This document shows positions 25,483 through 39,731 of a DNA stretch of 64,000 nt, piece after piece. Numbering within the stretch: the first letter of the stretch is position 1; each line of letters opens with the position of its first letter. The DNA is from Camelus ferus. Its lineage: Eukaryota. The translations under genes were made by a program, and so were the position numbers. The notes beneath the pieces are model-generated. The model had not been told where the DNA came from. It ran no database searches and worked only from the letters and a program-made list of their open reading frames with translations. The stretch spans positions 118,732,001-118,796,000 of the forward strand of contig NC_045696.1 in assembly GCF_009834535.1 (NCBI RefSeq), in the 5' to 3' direction.

Positions 25483-28400
25483 ACTTGAAAGTGACCTTAT
25501 TAACAACATGTTAAGTCCTTGCCAAGAGGCAGGCACCGGAGACTCAGGCATACCCAAAGTCTAACCTCAGTTACAGGGAGGTTCCCATCCTGACTGCCAG
25601 GCAGGCTGCCAGTTTGGTCTGTCTGGACACTTCCAAGCTGCAGGCGTCACCCTGTCCAGCCTGAGAGCCCATCCTACCCAGGCTACCCACCTCCACCTGT
25701 TGGTCAGGCCTGGCCTTGGTCTTGCGGCCCTGAATCAGCAGACTGGCAGCCGTGTGCACCTTTGGGCATGGTGGCCTCGTTCTCCCTGCTGCTTCTATTT
25801 CCTGAGGCTGCTATGGTTCTCCCTACCCCTGCCCCAAGTGTGCGGAGGGACCCTTCGCCCTGTCCCCGGCCTGCCTGGCTAGCACTCAGTCCTTGCCCAG
25901 CTCCCAGCTGGGGCTCCCCTCTGATCTGTGCAGAGCTCTGGGCTCCCATGACTCTCAGGAGGCAGGGCCTTGCGGGCACCGGCCTGGGATCACCGCACAC
26001 CCCTGAACACTGCGGTTCCCATCCCGTTTTCAACTCCTCCACATCTTGACCTTCCTGGAAATCTCATGGCACTGCCTGTGCAGCGAGACCCAGAGGGGAG
26101 TTATGATGTGCCTGATGTGATTAACAGAGGAGGGGTGCACGCTGCAGAGGGCGGGCAATGGGAGGAAGGCCTTTGTGAAGGGATGCAGCTGCCAGAATGG
26201 GCTACAGGAGGTGGGGTAGGAGTTCCTGGGAGCAAAGGAGTGAGGTGTGCAGCAGGGTGAGGGAGCCGATGGCCGGGCTATTCCCACCCACCACCTCAAC
26301 TGACCGAGATCAGCTCTTCTGGGGGTCAAATCCTTCCCTCTCCCCCAAACATGCACACGTATTGCAGCTCTTACTTTAATCTCAACGTTATGTGTTACAT
26401 GCATCTAACATCACCGCTGTCATGGTGTCACCATCGACAATCTAGGACTCTCCACCCCGCCATCACCTTGAGACCCAACTCCCCAAGTTCAGAAATCCTT
26501 TTTGAGGGTGCTGAGTTGAGTCTGTGGCTCAAGGCATTTAAGAAACGCATTGACAAGTCAGATTAGCCAAAAGTGTATCTTCTAATCTGGTTTGCCACAC
26601 CTCCACCCTCCCCGAACCCAAATATGATGTGAAATTCACCTGGGGTGGCTGGAACTTATAATGGCAACACAGAAATCCCATGTGTCCTCCAGAAAGAGCT
26701 GGAATTTTAGTCGAACCCTGTTCATTTCAGTTATAAATGTGTTTTTCAAGTAATCTAGCTGTGCTTTTAAAAGCATTACTGTAGAGCAGTTTTTAATTTA
26801 ATCAGACTAATAAAAACTTGAGACCAAGGGCTTTTCAAAATATGATAGGATTAGGGATGTGGGGAAATGAGCCCTCCCCATTGCCTGGACCGGCTCCCCA
26901 CAACGAGTCTTGTAACCCACCACCTGGGACGAGCAGATGTGTCCCTGAGTTAGATAATGTGATGGATTTTTTAATAACTGGATGTTCTTTATGAATTGAG
27001 AAGGGAGAAAATTTCAAAAAGAGTGAAGAGTGAGAAGCGTGGCTGGCTGGTGATTAGAAAAACCTACGGCCATGCAGCTCTCCGAGAGACATCACGATCA
27101 AAGCCACTCTCACCTGTCACACTCCTGAAATTTGGGGCCACACAGCAACAGCTGCCCACCGGAACCGCAGCTGTCCCCATGGGACGGGGAGGCAGGCTGA
27201 CCTTGGCTGAGCTGCTGTCACGCACAGGTCCTTTACAAACACAATTGCTTTGCAGCCTCCGCTCTGCGAGGTGGGACCCACCATCCCCACATCAGAGGAA
27301 ACGGTTTCCCCTGGCAGATGGCAAGGTTCCACTTCCAATCCTACTCTGCTCCACAGGGCCAGAGGGCTGGCCCTATGGGGCAGATTTCCTCAGACCCCAA
27401 GTCAGTGGACGCCTGCTGCGTTCCTCCACCAGGCTCTGGTGAGGCCTGGAAGCCCTGCAGGGGGAAGGGGAGCTGGCGGCCCTCCTTCCTCCTCTCTCTG
27501 CAGAGGGGAGGCACGCAGAGGCTGCTTCCCCAATCCACTCCCTGCCTCTCCACCCTGCAGGTAGGGCGATCTGCTAACCTCCAGGAGGCTTCGTTCTCCT
27601 ATTCGGCCTGTGGTTCTTCCAACATCTGAAACAATCCCCTAGATTCAGTTCTCAAGGAGGGCTGTTTTTTCTTTTGAACCCGGAGGGATTCAGCGCTCAA
27701 CGTCGTGGCTGCCAAGGGCAAAGCCGGGTCCTGGAGCTGGTGTGGCCTGGTCCCTCCCTCGGCCCCGGCTGGCCCGCTCCGCCAGCCACAGCGAGTCCTG
27801 CCGGAGCCCAGGCGACCGGCTCTGAGGCCTTGGGAAGGTCTGTAAACCCCTTGAAACCTCAGCCACTAATTTTATAAAATGAGGAGAGTAATTACTTGCC
27901 CTTAATCACTAGAAAGGGCTTGTCGAGGCGCGGGTGAGCTAGTAACTGCGAAAGCCCGGTGGGGCTGCGCGGCTAAGACTTTCACACAAGCTGACCGTCC
28001 TCGAGGCTCGCTGGCTGGGATTACTGGCCAGCGCAAACGGAGTGCGCCAGAAAGTAACCCCCCAGCTAAACTCACGGCGCTAAATGGTTAAAAATGACAC
28101 AAAGCTTCCTTCTAAGAGCTCTTTGCGAGCTTACGAACCCTTGTCTTTCTCAGAACTAGAGGGAAGTCAGGAGGCCGAACGTCCCCACGGCTTCCACGCG
28201 TGTCCGTCTGACCGCCTGGCCTGGGGCTGCCTTCTCCCCACCGCTTCCCATGCAGCCACCCTGGCCTGGGGCTTCAGCAGCACGGGCCACGACAACGAGA
28301 CCTGCTGAGTCCTCCTGGGACTGCCGCCGAGTGTTACAGCAGGCCACAAGGACATGCCTAGTGAAGTCCCCAACGCCCTCAGGAGATGTCACAGGTGCCT

Positions 28401-28881
28401 GACGTGGCTGGTCTTGTCACTACGACAGTTACTAGCAGCGTCACCATTCTCTCCTACGACCGATGAGCTTTTCCCGGGGCTCGGTCAGAGCTCTCTCTGC
28501 CACTGTACCCAGTCTCAGATGGACCTCCTGGACACGGCTCCAGCCTCAGGCAAGCGTCACCACGGCAGAGGGCCCTCCTCCTCCCCGACCCCTCCTCATT
28601 TATTTCTATTCTAAGCATCTAGAAACCTCAGTTTCATGTTTACCTTTCCTTAAAAATCATACTTGTGAAAGAAAAATAAAAGATGCTATCCGGCCACACA
28701 TTTACATAATCATGGGCTAATTAAAGGACTCTTAAGAAACATATACTCTGATTTCCTATCCTGTTGTACTTTGATTGCTGTTGTGTGTTCCAATTACAAA
28801 CACGAGTACTTACAGGGAAAACACTTAAGGCCTTCGGGGATGGATCCTTTCCCGCAGTGATACCACTGGAAGACAGCAGAT

Positions 28882-29195
28882 ACACTGTCTAGATTAGTGG
28901 CATCTAAAAATGTGTTAGAGTCACATACGTAATTTAAAATTTTCCAGAGCCTCCTTAAAAGACATAAAAAGAAACATATGAAATAAACTTTAACAATTTA
29001 TTGAGCCCCAAATGCTATCATTTCAACATGTAATGAATATAAAAATTAAAATCGTTCACCTTCTTTTTTCATACTAAGCCTCTGAAAGCCAGCACGGTGC
29101 ACACCTGGAGCACATGTCGGCTCTGACGCCCACACGGCAGGGCTCAGCTCGAGAACCACCTGGCTCCAGGGCTGGTGGGTCGGACGGTGCCGGTC
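28882..29195. mobile_element. MER33-like hAT-Charlie element
   Basis: cacatacgtaatttaaaattttc...atcatttcaacatgtaatgaatataaaaatt...ttttttcatactaagcctctgaaa. Confidence 0.65.
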
Positions 29196-29584
29196 TGGAT
29201 GTCAGAATCCTTCAGGGCGGGGACTTGTCGAGTTCAATTTCAACTCCCTCCTGACATCTCCAGGGTGGGGCTTTGCCCAAAGCAAGCACTCAGCAAGTTT
29301 CATCACTGAAATGGGGGAAAAACGGCTGCCAAGAAGAGCTGTGGCCCCTGATGGCAGGCGAGGCCAATTGAGAGGTTTTAGGAGGAACATTTGGTGGGTC
29401 TTATACTTCAGAGCATCACAAACAAACATCACTGCTTAAAAAAAAAATCCCATGATGCTCACACAACCCTCATGTCACCCCAAAAGCTACACAATATACA
29501 TAGAGAAAGCAAGGTTCACAGTCCTCCAAAAAAGAAAAAAAGGTTGGGGGGTGTAGGGCGAGAGAAATAAAAAAGGACCCTAAT

Positions 29585-29805
29585 TAAGGAGTCTGGGACT
29601 AGCAGATACACACTATTATATATAAAATAGATAAACAACAAGGTCCTACTGTACAGCACAGAGAACTATGTTCCATACCTTGTAACAGTCTACGATGAAA
29701 AAGAATATATCCACACACACAACTAAATCAGTCTTCCTATGCTGTACACCAGAAACTAACACAACATTGAAAACCAACCATACTTCAATAAAAAATTTTT
29801 TAAAA
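29585..29805 (+). mobile_element. Short lineage L1 3' end
   Basis: ggagtctgggactagcagatac...ataaacaacaaggtcctactgtacagcacag...tacttcaataaaaaa. Confidence 0.88.
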
Positions 29806-30230
29806 GGCCCTAGAGTTAGATCTCCATACTAAATGTCCACAATGAACTATCAAATACTATGTAAGTGACCTCGCATGCCTGATATTGCGTAAGAAGCTGT
29901 GACGTGCCCTAGGGCATAGACATAACCCGAAAAGGAATTAAGAACTAGCATTTCAACCAGGTAATTTGTGAAAATGATGACTTTTTCCCCTCAGGGTTAC
30001 TAAAAGCATAATTTACTTGAAAGTTTAGAGGCTTATTAATAAATGCAAATTACAGTCGGCCTTCACCTAGTTGATACAAATTAACTTGCTCAGTCGAGAT
30101 AACCACTTAAAAATAATTTGAAGTTCCTGAAGGCCTCAAAATTACACTATTTATAGAGCTACAATACAGATCAGCCAGAGGAAAGGCGGTAGCTCCTTCC
30201 AACCCGTGGTACAGAAACTGTGTCAAGTTC

Positions 30231-30342
30231 CTTTTTTTATTGCCGTATAGCTGATTTACAATGTTTCAGGCGTACAGCAAAGTGATTAAAAAACTCATGT
30301 TTTTCAGATCCTTTTCACTGTAGGTTATTGCAAGATATTAAC
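30231..30342 (-). mobile_element. Very short L1 3' terminus
   Basis: tttttttattgccgtatagctgatttacaatgtttcaggcgtacagcaaagtgatt...taggttattgcaagatatt. Confidence 0.75.
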
Positions 30343-31179
30343 TGCCTCTTCGCCTTTAGTGAAAAATCCTCATTCAACCAAAACTTGATTTATTCCACCC
30401 AGTAGAATCTCCATCAGATCATGGCTTGATGAATCCATGGTTCTACGGTTACTAATAAAACGCCAGTGCTCAGCTCGTCCTTTGCAAGACTCTCACAAAA
30501 CACACAGCTAACAGCTTCACTGATCTGGCCGAGAACTGACGTAGTACATCTCCATCTTAAATTGTTACATTTACTTCTACTTTTCAGGGTGATTGAAGGC
30601 TGTTTGTGCTGGCTTTACACGAAAATACAGAGTGCTTTACAAAAAGAAATCTCCATAATGGCAACTTCTGAACATCCTAACTTCGGGGAAGAGCAGTGGG
30701 GAATACGGAATCAAAATGTACATCATGACTTTTTAAAAGACATTTTTAGGCTCATCAGTTGCCTTTTTCCCAGAGGCAGCATGTGCCTATTCAGTCATTT
30801 GAAAAACTGTTGACATCTTTTGAATTGTATTTTGTGTCAGTTTTTCATATATTGTCCAATTCTAAGCACAGATCTTGAAACTGCTAGATGTCCACTTGAG
30901 TGGGGCCTGTGTTAGTAAATGTCGCAGGTTTTGGAGTAACTGAACAACGCTGATGACAGATTTTACATTGCTGACAACCAGTCACTTGCTGAAATAATTA
31001 GCTTTCTACCTTAACTTGGGACTTTCATGCACTCAGTAAATATTTGTGGAGCGTCTGCCTCGTGTCTGGCGTGGCTGGGCCCTGGGTTCACAGGAGCCCG
31101 GCCTTCCAGGCGCTCAGGGGGTGGACGGGCTGCTGTCCAGCCTCAGAAACCTCTCCTGCAGGGCGGCCTTTCTGCATTT

Positions 31180-31360
31180 TAGCAGAGAGCACTGGCGTTC
31201 ACCCCTGCAGACCTGGGCTGAAATTCTGCCTCTGCCTGCTCGTGGCTGATGGCTTTAGGCTACTAAATGCATCGTCTGTTGGCCTTGACTTTCTCTCATC
31301 CCTTACACAAGGACAATAATTTATTCTATGGGGTTGTCATGAGTCAAATGAAATAATGGA
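31180..31360. mobile_element. MIR remnant
   Basis: cagacctgggctgaaattctgcctctgcc...ctatggggttgtcatgagtcaaatgaaataatg. Confidence 0.55.
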
Positions 31361-32812
31361 GGTACAGGGAAAGAATCCAGCCCTCAGAGGCCCATGAATG
31401 TCAGAATTTCCTCCAGTTCCCCTCATAAACGCACAGCTTTCTACGCACAACTTTCTATACCAAGTGGACACTCCAGTTCTGAAGCACAGAAATAGGTAAA
31501 CCATAAATCTTAAACATGTACTGGTGTATCAAATATTTGGGAATTACATGTAATGATGGCTCTTGGTAACCAGAGAGCTTATCACCACCAGTTTGAGCTC
31601 CCCAGCCCACGTTTCTCTGCCAGGTGGCCCTTTCTGGGTCATTTCTGAGGTTACTCTTCGTTTTTCGCCTATGAGAGCTTTGAAAACAGTTCTAACCATG
31701 CCCACAACAGGAGCTGAAGCTCCCTGAGGGGCACAGCCCTCCCATTTGTGGGTGATTCACACTAGAAGAAGAGCTGGACGGTCAGGAAGGAACTCAGACA
31801 GTGAGCAGTTACCACGAGCCGGGCCCAGGGCTGGTCAAGCACGTGGTCGCCTCGTCTGCACCCACAACCACTCTAAGACGCAGGGATAATTATTTCCTAC
31901 CCTCTCCAAAGAAACCCACGACTCAGGGAGGCTAGGAAAGTTGTCTGCAGTGACAGAGATCTCAGTAGCCCAACATCATCTCCCACAACTTCTCTTCTGA
32001 TTTGTGGGATCGTTAAACTCTTCAGCTTGGAAGATGTCTGCCTGGGTCCCGCCTCCAGCTCCTCAGCCTGTCCCTGTGGTCGGACAGGGTCTCCCTCCTT
32101 CAGGATAGATTCCTCCATGTCCCAGCTCCACTGACGGCTCGCCTCAGCATCTCCAAGGTGGCCAGACTCGCGGACTGCTCATGATGCCACGGTTCTGCAG
32201 AGCGTCTCATTTTGTGTTCTGCTGGTACCTCCACGGGGCTACCGGGACCCAACCTCAGTGCCAGCGACCAACTCTGTGTCTTCCGCAAAGCCCCCAGAAG
32301 TTGCCCCTGGAAATGGGCAGACACCCTCCCTCCCTTCCCGTCTGAAAGCAGCCCACCCACGCAGACCGCTAACAGGATGAAGAGCCTTCCAGGGCACTGC
32401 AGGGTAGCTGTTTTCTCTCCTCCTGGCATTGCCCAAGCACGGGTAATAGAGAGGCCACGACCCTAAATCCCTTTCACACATCCCCTGCGTGGAGACACCA
32501 GCACCTGGGACGCCAGTTCAGCACAGACCCCGCTGTGTGACTCAGCTCCCTGAGGAAACCAACGAGTCGCGGCCCTGGAGTAGAGCAAGGAGCCAAAGTG
32601 TCCCTCACCTTCACCCTTCAGTGCTTCAGCGTGAGCAGCAACGGAGCAGTAGACTCACAAGTGTGCCGTCATGCTTTCTACTTTGGCTTCTAGTTTAGTT
32701 TAACTCAACAAACGATAATTAAAGCGTCATGAGTCAGGGACTGTGCAAGTACTAAACAAGCTCTCAGTATAGGGGGATGGCAGAAACAACAACTCAAAAG
32801 TATGTGATTAGA

Positions 32813-33564
32813 CAAATGATAAATGCTGGAGAGGGTGTGGAGAAAGGGAGCCCTCCTACGCTGCTGGTGGGAGTGCAAACTGGTGCAGCCTCTATGGAGG
32901 ACAGTATGGAGGTTCCTTAAAAAACTGAAAATAGACTTTCCCTATCATCCAGCAGTCCCACTCCTGGGCATATATCCAGAGAAAACTCTAATTCAAAAAG
33001 ATATGTGCACCCCAATGTTCGCAGCAGCACTATTTACAATAACCAAGACATGGAACCAACCTAAATGTCCATCAACAGATGACTGGCTAAAGAAGATGTG
33101 GTGTATTTATACAATGGAATACTACTCAGCCATAAAAAAGAATGAAATAACGCTATATGCAGCAACATGGATGGACTCAGAAATTATCATACTAAGTGAA
33201 GTAAGTCAGACAGAGAAAGACGAATATATCATATGATATCACTTATATGTGGAATCTAAAAAATGACACAAACGAACTTATCTACAAAACAGAAACAGAT
33301 TCATAGACATAGAAAACAAATCTGTGGTTACCAAGGGGGAGAAAAAGGGGATAAGTTAGGAGTTTGGGATTAGCAGATAAAACTACTGTATATAAAATAG
33401 ATAATCAACAAGGCCCTACTGTACAGCACAGGGAACTACATTCAATATCTTGTAATAACCTATAATGAAAAAGAATACAAACGTGCATAACTGAATCACT
33501 ACGTTATACACCAGAAACTAAGACAACATTGTAAATCAACTATACTTCACATGTTAAAAAAAAA
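32813..33564 (+). mobile_element. Lineage L1 3' end including the ORF2 cysteine-rich C-terminus, with TSD
   Basis: ORF 32823..33236 [40 protein letters not shown]...; gtgattaga occurs at both 32804 and 33569. Confidence 0.92.
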
Positions 33565-36315
33565 GGGAGTGATTAGAAGGTAACAGAGAAAGAAGCAGGT
33601 CCAGGGAGCTGTAGCACCCAGAGTGGAGCCACCCTTCCTAGCCTGAAGGTTCAGAGGAGTCTCCCCACGGACTCCTGACCCTTAAAATAACTAAAATACA
33701 CAGGCAAAGTTACTACATCCTCTACTAAAGAAAAGAAGTAATGAAAGAAATTCCAGGAAAAGTTATCTTTGCAAGTAATACAATCCAACGTCCAAAAATC
33801 AGGAATGAACCTATGTGCAATCCTGCTTCAGGAAAGGAATCACCCTTTGCTTCTTTTAAGTGATCTATTTATGCCTGAAATTCCTGGGGAGGGGTCTGAG
33901 TCTCAAATCATAACCCTTTTCTCCCCCCTGTTGGTGACATCCTCTTCTTTCTGACTTTCTGACATTATGAACGTTATTACTTTCATGTTCTAACTGGTGG
34001 AGATCGGAAGCCGAGCAGGTTGCCCAAAGAGGTAAACCCTGAAAAGATTCACACCGAAACAGCAAACTCTAACACTTCTGCCCACACACAAAGCCTTACG
34101 ATCAAATAACCAAGGAAGTGATTTATTATTTAATAGAAGCTTTTCCCCCCCAAATTCCAGAACTTTACAACCACTTACATGTCTGCTAAGCAAAATCAAC
34201 AGGTGACGTAGAAAGGGAGAGCCAGTGACGACAGCTCGCGGTAAGTTATTTTTATTTTTAGAATTATTAGAACTTTATCCTTATTTCTTCTTTTAAAAAA
34301 ATCATAATATTAAAAAACAAATCAGCTGTTGATACAACTCCTCATTTCTCTTAAAAACAAGTCTCTATGCCTGTCAATGGGGATTCATTATTTAAGTTTT
34401 GCATATTAGAAAAGAAATACCTTCCATACATGTGAGTATGGAAAGAAACAATAAAATGGTCTTTGGCAGAAATCACAGAACTAACCCATTTCCTGACTGG
34501 ACTGTAAATAACAATTTACCTAAGTGGTTGAAAATAAACAGCTTTCACATCTTGACTAGGGGTCCCCACAACGTACAGAAAAAAATGGAGTTTGCTTCAA
34601 AATCAGTACATTTGAAAATGTAACTCCAGAATGCACTGGGAAGCCTTGGACGGATTCCACATTCATTAAGGAATAAGAATTTGCTTAAATAATATCTTAT
34701 AAATGTGTTGGAATGCTTTTCTGGATAAAGAATGGAAAGTCTTTGCAATGAGAACCTCTCTGTCCCTATTAAAATCATGCTCAGTTTAGTCATTACTGGC
34801 ATTATAAAAATGCATGGCCAGTGGTGGACAGCTGTGGCCACCTCTCTGCTCAGAGCACAGTTCTAAAGACACGGAAGCTCTTCTCCCACGTGGACCATCT
34901 TATCCCCATGGGAGTCACTTTGCTCTAATTTGAACCATGACCACAAACCATAGCCTTTCTTTTTAATGTGGCTGGGCATTTTATAAACCCTAAAGAGAGT
35001 CGGTCGATGAGAGACTGGCCGGATCGTGACAAGTCCAACCCTGAACAGAGCAAAGAGCATCCTTTAACAAGAGCAGTGTGAGAGACGGGCACCAGCGGAA
35101 GGCACTATGCCCGAGTGAAAACAGCTGTGTGGGAGGGGTGAGTCCGAGAGAGACTCTCAAAGTGGTCTTTAGTGCATGATTCTCTCATTTTTAAATTAAT
35201 ATAAAACATTTAAAGACATAGGTAAAACACTGCTGCTACAGAAAAGCAACTCCAAGGCACAGGTTAGTATCCAGGCAGAATACAGAAACGTAGACAGTCA
35301 TCAGGTCTAAAAGTAAATTCATGGATTAAAGCAAGTTTATTTTAGTTATTACATAAGGGAGAATGGACTCCATTTTTAGAAACCTCCTCTATGGCTTTCC
35401 TCTTTTTGTTTTGTTACTTTATTTTGTTTTTAAATTTTCTGGTAAGAAAAGCACAGCTGTGGAGTAGCCTCTCCCCTCTGAGCCAAGCAAAGAGAAGAAA
35501 GTCTGACTGGCGCGGGGACAGCCCACCCTGTGGACAAAGGAAGCCGCTCTCCCTGCGCCAAGGGGCTCACAAGTGCCGGCAAAGACAGGACGCGACTGCT
35601 ACACACTGGACACTAAGTGAAACCAGGCGGGCCCCCCCGCCTGCCCCGGGGCCTGCTCCTGACACTTGCTCTTCAGTTCCAAGTGCCTGGGAAGCCCTCT
35701 CCCCAGCAGCGTGCATGCTGTCCTGATGGGGGCCCCACTCCCGGGTTTTGGCAAACATGGGCGGGCCCATAGCTGCATTTATGATGACCAGCATCATCCC
35801 CTCTGCTCCAGAGGAGGAGCAGGAAACGGGAAGGGTGAGCCCTGCGAACTCCGTGGTTGAGAAGCACTCCCGGGATTCTCAGAGGGTAAATAACAGTCCC
35901 TGAAAATCTGCAAACACCTAAGTCAACAGGGAAAAGGAGAAAGAGGCCGGATGAAGACCAAAAGGCACCGGAGGAGACCGGGTCTTGGTGTTACAGTCAG
36001 GGGAGAGACACGAGATGTGGTGTGTCCACCTCACTCCACAGAGATTAGGGAGCGCCTCCTGTAAATTCTGGAACTTTCTGACCGGACTCTGCGTTTGGCA
36101 TTTGTGGATGTGAAGCAAAAGCATCTCCCGCCTCAGATGTTCCTCCTCTGCACTGAAGAGAAGAAACTTACCAACCAGAAAACGTATTTCTCAGAATGCG
36201 CATCTCGCCTACTTCCAAAACCTCAGTGGGCTAAGGACGTAACATAACAGAAAGCAGGGCTATTTGGAGCGAAGAAAAGAGAACATCTAAAAGAATCTTC
36301 AAGGTACGATGTCAC

Positions 36316-36690
36316 CCAGAGAAAGACAAACATCACATGACATCACTTAGATGTGGAATCTTAAAAAAAAATGACACAAATGAACTCATTTACAAAACAG
36401 AAACAGACTCACAGACACAGAAAACAAACTTACGGTTACCAGCGGGGAAAGAGGGTGGAAGGGATAAACTGCGAGTTCAAGTTTGCAGATACTAACTACT
36501 ATCTATAAAACAGACAAACAACAAGGTCCCACTGTACAGCACAGCGAGCTATGTTCAATACCTTGTAATAACCTATAATGAAAAATAATACGAAAAGGAA
36601 ATATATATGTATAAATGAATCAGTATGTGGTACACCAGAAATTAACACAACATTGTCAACTGACTATACTTCAACCAGAAATTAAAAAAA
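36316..36690 (+). mobile_element. Lineage L1 3' end
   Basis: cagagaaagacaaacatcacatgacatcacttagatgtggaatc...gactatacttcaaccagaaattaaaaaaa. Confidence 0.88.
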
Positions 36691-39301
36691 GCACTGGGAT
36701 ATAAAGCGGAGGGTAATTACTTTTCTACTCGGGAGAGAGAAACCCAAAGAAGTCAAAGTTAACAATTACATTAGCCTTCAAGTACGGTCTTTGGCCTTGC
36801 TGCAAACAAAATATAAATCGTTAAGGAGATGCTTCTTGTTTGAACTGAATAACCAAACTCGTAGAAAACTTCATTACTCTTTTAAATTCCATATAATGTC
36901 CTGCATACTCATTTCTCATAGACAGTGAAAATGAAGATGGAGTCACAATTTTAATCATGAGATTATTGCTGGCTTTCTTTTTTCAAACCCTCGATCTAAA
37001 ACCTTAGAGTGTATTATTAAAAAAAAAAACCCTAACACAAAATACGCTTAAATTAAAATGGAAAATAACTGGGGAAGGGGGACATGCTTTTTAAATTTTT
37101 GCTACTTGATCTATACATTATCAATATTCTAGTATTTAAATAAATTTATTTCTGGCAAATACAAATGATGACAACTCTAGTTAAGAGTGGTCTGATGGAA
37201 TTTACTTTAGTTCAAACCAAACGTCAAATGGAGTTCGTACATGCAAATCCCCTGAGAGAGGGGGACACACCAACACAGACTGCAAGAAGCAAGAGTTCAC
37301 ACCTTAGACTGAACTGAGGCTTTTAATCACAAAATACGTGGCCTGTGCCCCCTTCCTCCCCATAAAGTATAAATCACATCATCAGATGAGTGTGAGACGC
37401 TAGCCCAATACATCAATTCCTACTTGAGCTTATAACGGTCCGGAGGCATACCATCCAAAAGAAAACACGGCAACAGCAAAAGCAAACTGCCAACGCTCTG
37501 AAAAAGTAAACATTCTGAAAACAAGACTTTGGCGTTCCCTAGAACGCTATTCTCCTGACCATTACTCTTTGGTCCAGCATCCCTGCATCAGCTCCAAGTG
37601 CTGGCAGAACAGTGGGGGAGGGACGATCACACACGCGCCTCCCCACGCGTTGGCGGAGGGCAAGATCTGCTTTCCTCCCTGCCAGCCAAACTTCCTAATG
37701 TGAGAAAAGAGTCACCTGCAGTAAGTTTCCAACATTTAAAATTGTCTCTGGGACTCCAGGCTCGCTGCAATGACAGTGTTGTCCGGCATCCAGGCAAGCC
37801 GACGCCTCTGGGACGAGGAACTAATGAACGTGTAAGGTTGTCCTTACATTGTCACCCCCTCCCCTGCCCGGAGAACATACCGCCCGCTGGCGCTTCTCCA
37901 GGGCAAGGACATTCCCTACCCTGTTGGTGGTGATACCTAGGCTGGACCCAAACTCACTGAAGTGCAGAAGGCAGGAAGGCAGGCTCTGCCCACCCCTTCT
38001 CTCCACGGCCCGTCACACCTCCCTCCCCCCATCTTACTGGCCTGAGGGCGCCCAAGCGGCAGCTGAGCATGAGTCATAAGGAAAATGAAGTTTCAGACCG
38101 CTGCCGCTGGCCCCCAGGGGAGGGCATCGTCTACTGATGGGTGAGTGTCGGTGGAAGGGGGTCCCCTGGGAAAGAAGCTGCATGCTGCTTTTAGGCTGTC
38201 TTGCAGCCATTCGTTTTCATCCTTAAAAATGAGCCTGGTGTTTTTTGTTAGCTACCCTCTCGCCAGCAATAACAAATGTAGGAAGTCCACTCCTCCCCCC
38301 GTCCTCTGACATTTCAAATACAAGAGACAAGCGACGTTTGGGGTCGGCTACGGCTTCACACACACGTGCAGAGCGCCGGGGCCCTGGCGGGGACACAACA
38401 CACACTGTGAGGAGACACCACCTTCAGGGCAGAGGCTGGACGACACATGTCAGCGGTAAGAACGGAAGACAGGGTGTGAAGGGGCTGGGTGCTCTGAACA
38501 CAGGGAGGGGGGTTCCTGCACTCAGGTCCACTGAATAAGGGACCGAATGGGTAAAAACGGAAGGAACCGGCGAGCAAGGGCACTGGAGGGGAAAGGAGCA
38601 CGAGAGTGGACATGCTCTCGGGGGGCTGCCCAGGGCAGGGAGCTGTGCGGCCTGAGTGAGGGCTGGGGGGGGGGGGACAGTGAGAGCTGAGGTAGAAAGG
38701 GGCCCTCAGGGACCATGAGCGCCAGCCCAGGAGGAAGGACGTACAGGACCATGTTCCATGATACACTAGTTTGAAATCATTCTCCTCCAATCAGGGAAAA
38801 AAGGAAACACAAATCCCAACATACAGTGATGTGAAATCATTCGCTCAATAAATACATATTCAGTGGCTGTTCTAATACCCATTACAGTGCCTTGAGCTTG
38901 GAAGACGTGAAGTCTCTTTGAATAAATAATGTCCATTACATAGAAGGCTGAGCACGAGGGTCCTAGACACCACAGGGCCACAAGGTGAACACACACGGAC
39001 TCTCCCCTGGAGGCGCTCCGGTCCATACGGATGGGCCCCACTGGAGAACCAGGAGGCTGATGCTCTGGCCGGTACCAGGGAGAGTAACCCTCTCAGAAGG
39101 AAGTGATCCAGGATGAGCCAGTCCCCTTCATGTCCCCAAACTGGGGGCCAACAGAAGACTCAAAGTTTAAGAATAGCGAAAGACCGAACTAAGTCAACGC
39201 CACAGGTAAGGACAACACCCTCTTCCTCCCCATCTTCCCACTCTCTCTCGAAAGGAAAACGGCTACTTGATGACCTTCCTTCAAGTGTTCCCTGAGCATC
39301 A

Positions 39302-39731
39302 TGGTGACAGTAAATTCATGGGTCACCTTGGGCAGAACTGCTGTACAGCGGTTTGCTCAAACGCTAGTCTACACGTGGCGTAGGGGGACTTTTTTGACGT
39401 GATTAATACCCACCATCAAGGGGCTTTACGGAAAGCACATTAGCCTCCACAAAGTGGGTGCGCCTCATCCAGTCAGGTGAGGCCTTAAGAGCAAAGACAG
39501 GTTTCCCTGAGAAGGAGGAATTCCGCCTCTGGGAGGCGGCGCAGAGACTCTGACATCGGCCTCAAGACAGCAACACCGACTCTTCCTGAATCTCCAGCCT
39601 TGTGAACACACTGGCCCTGGCAATCGCTCAAGCCAATTCCTTAAAATGCATCCCACTCTCTTCTCTCTCTCTACACACACACCCCCACACACCCCACTGG
39701 TCTTGTTTCTCTGGGGAGCCCTGACTTCTAC
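39302..39731 (+). mobile_element. MLT2-like (ERV-L) solo LTR
   Basis: aaattcatgggtcaccttgggc...gtgggtgcgcctcatccagtcaggtgaggccttaagagcaaagacaggtttccctgagaaggaggaattc...aagccaattccttaaaat...ctggtcttgtttctctggggagccctgacttctaca. Confidence 0.75.

Noticed and set aside
31429..31456. 14-bp tandem duplication acgcacagctttct / acgcacaactttct
   Set aside because: It is an ordinary slippage duplication with no evidence of function.
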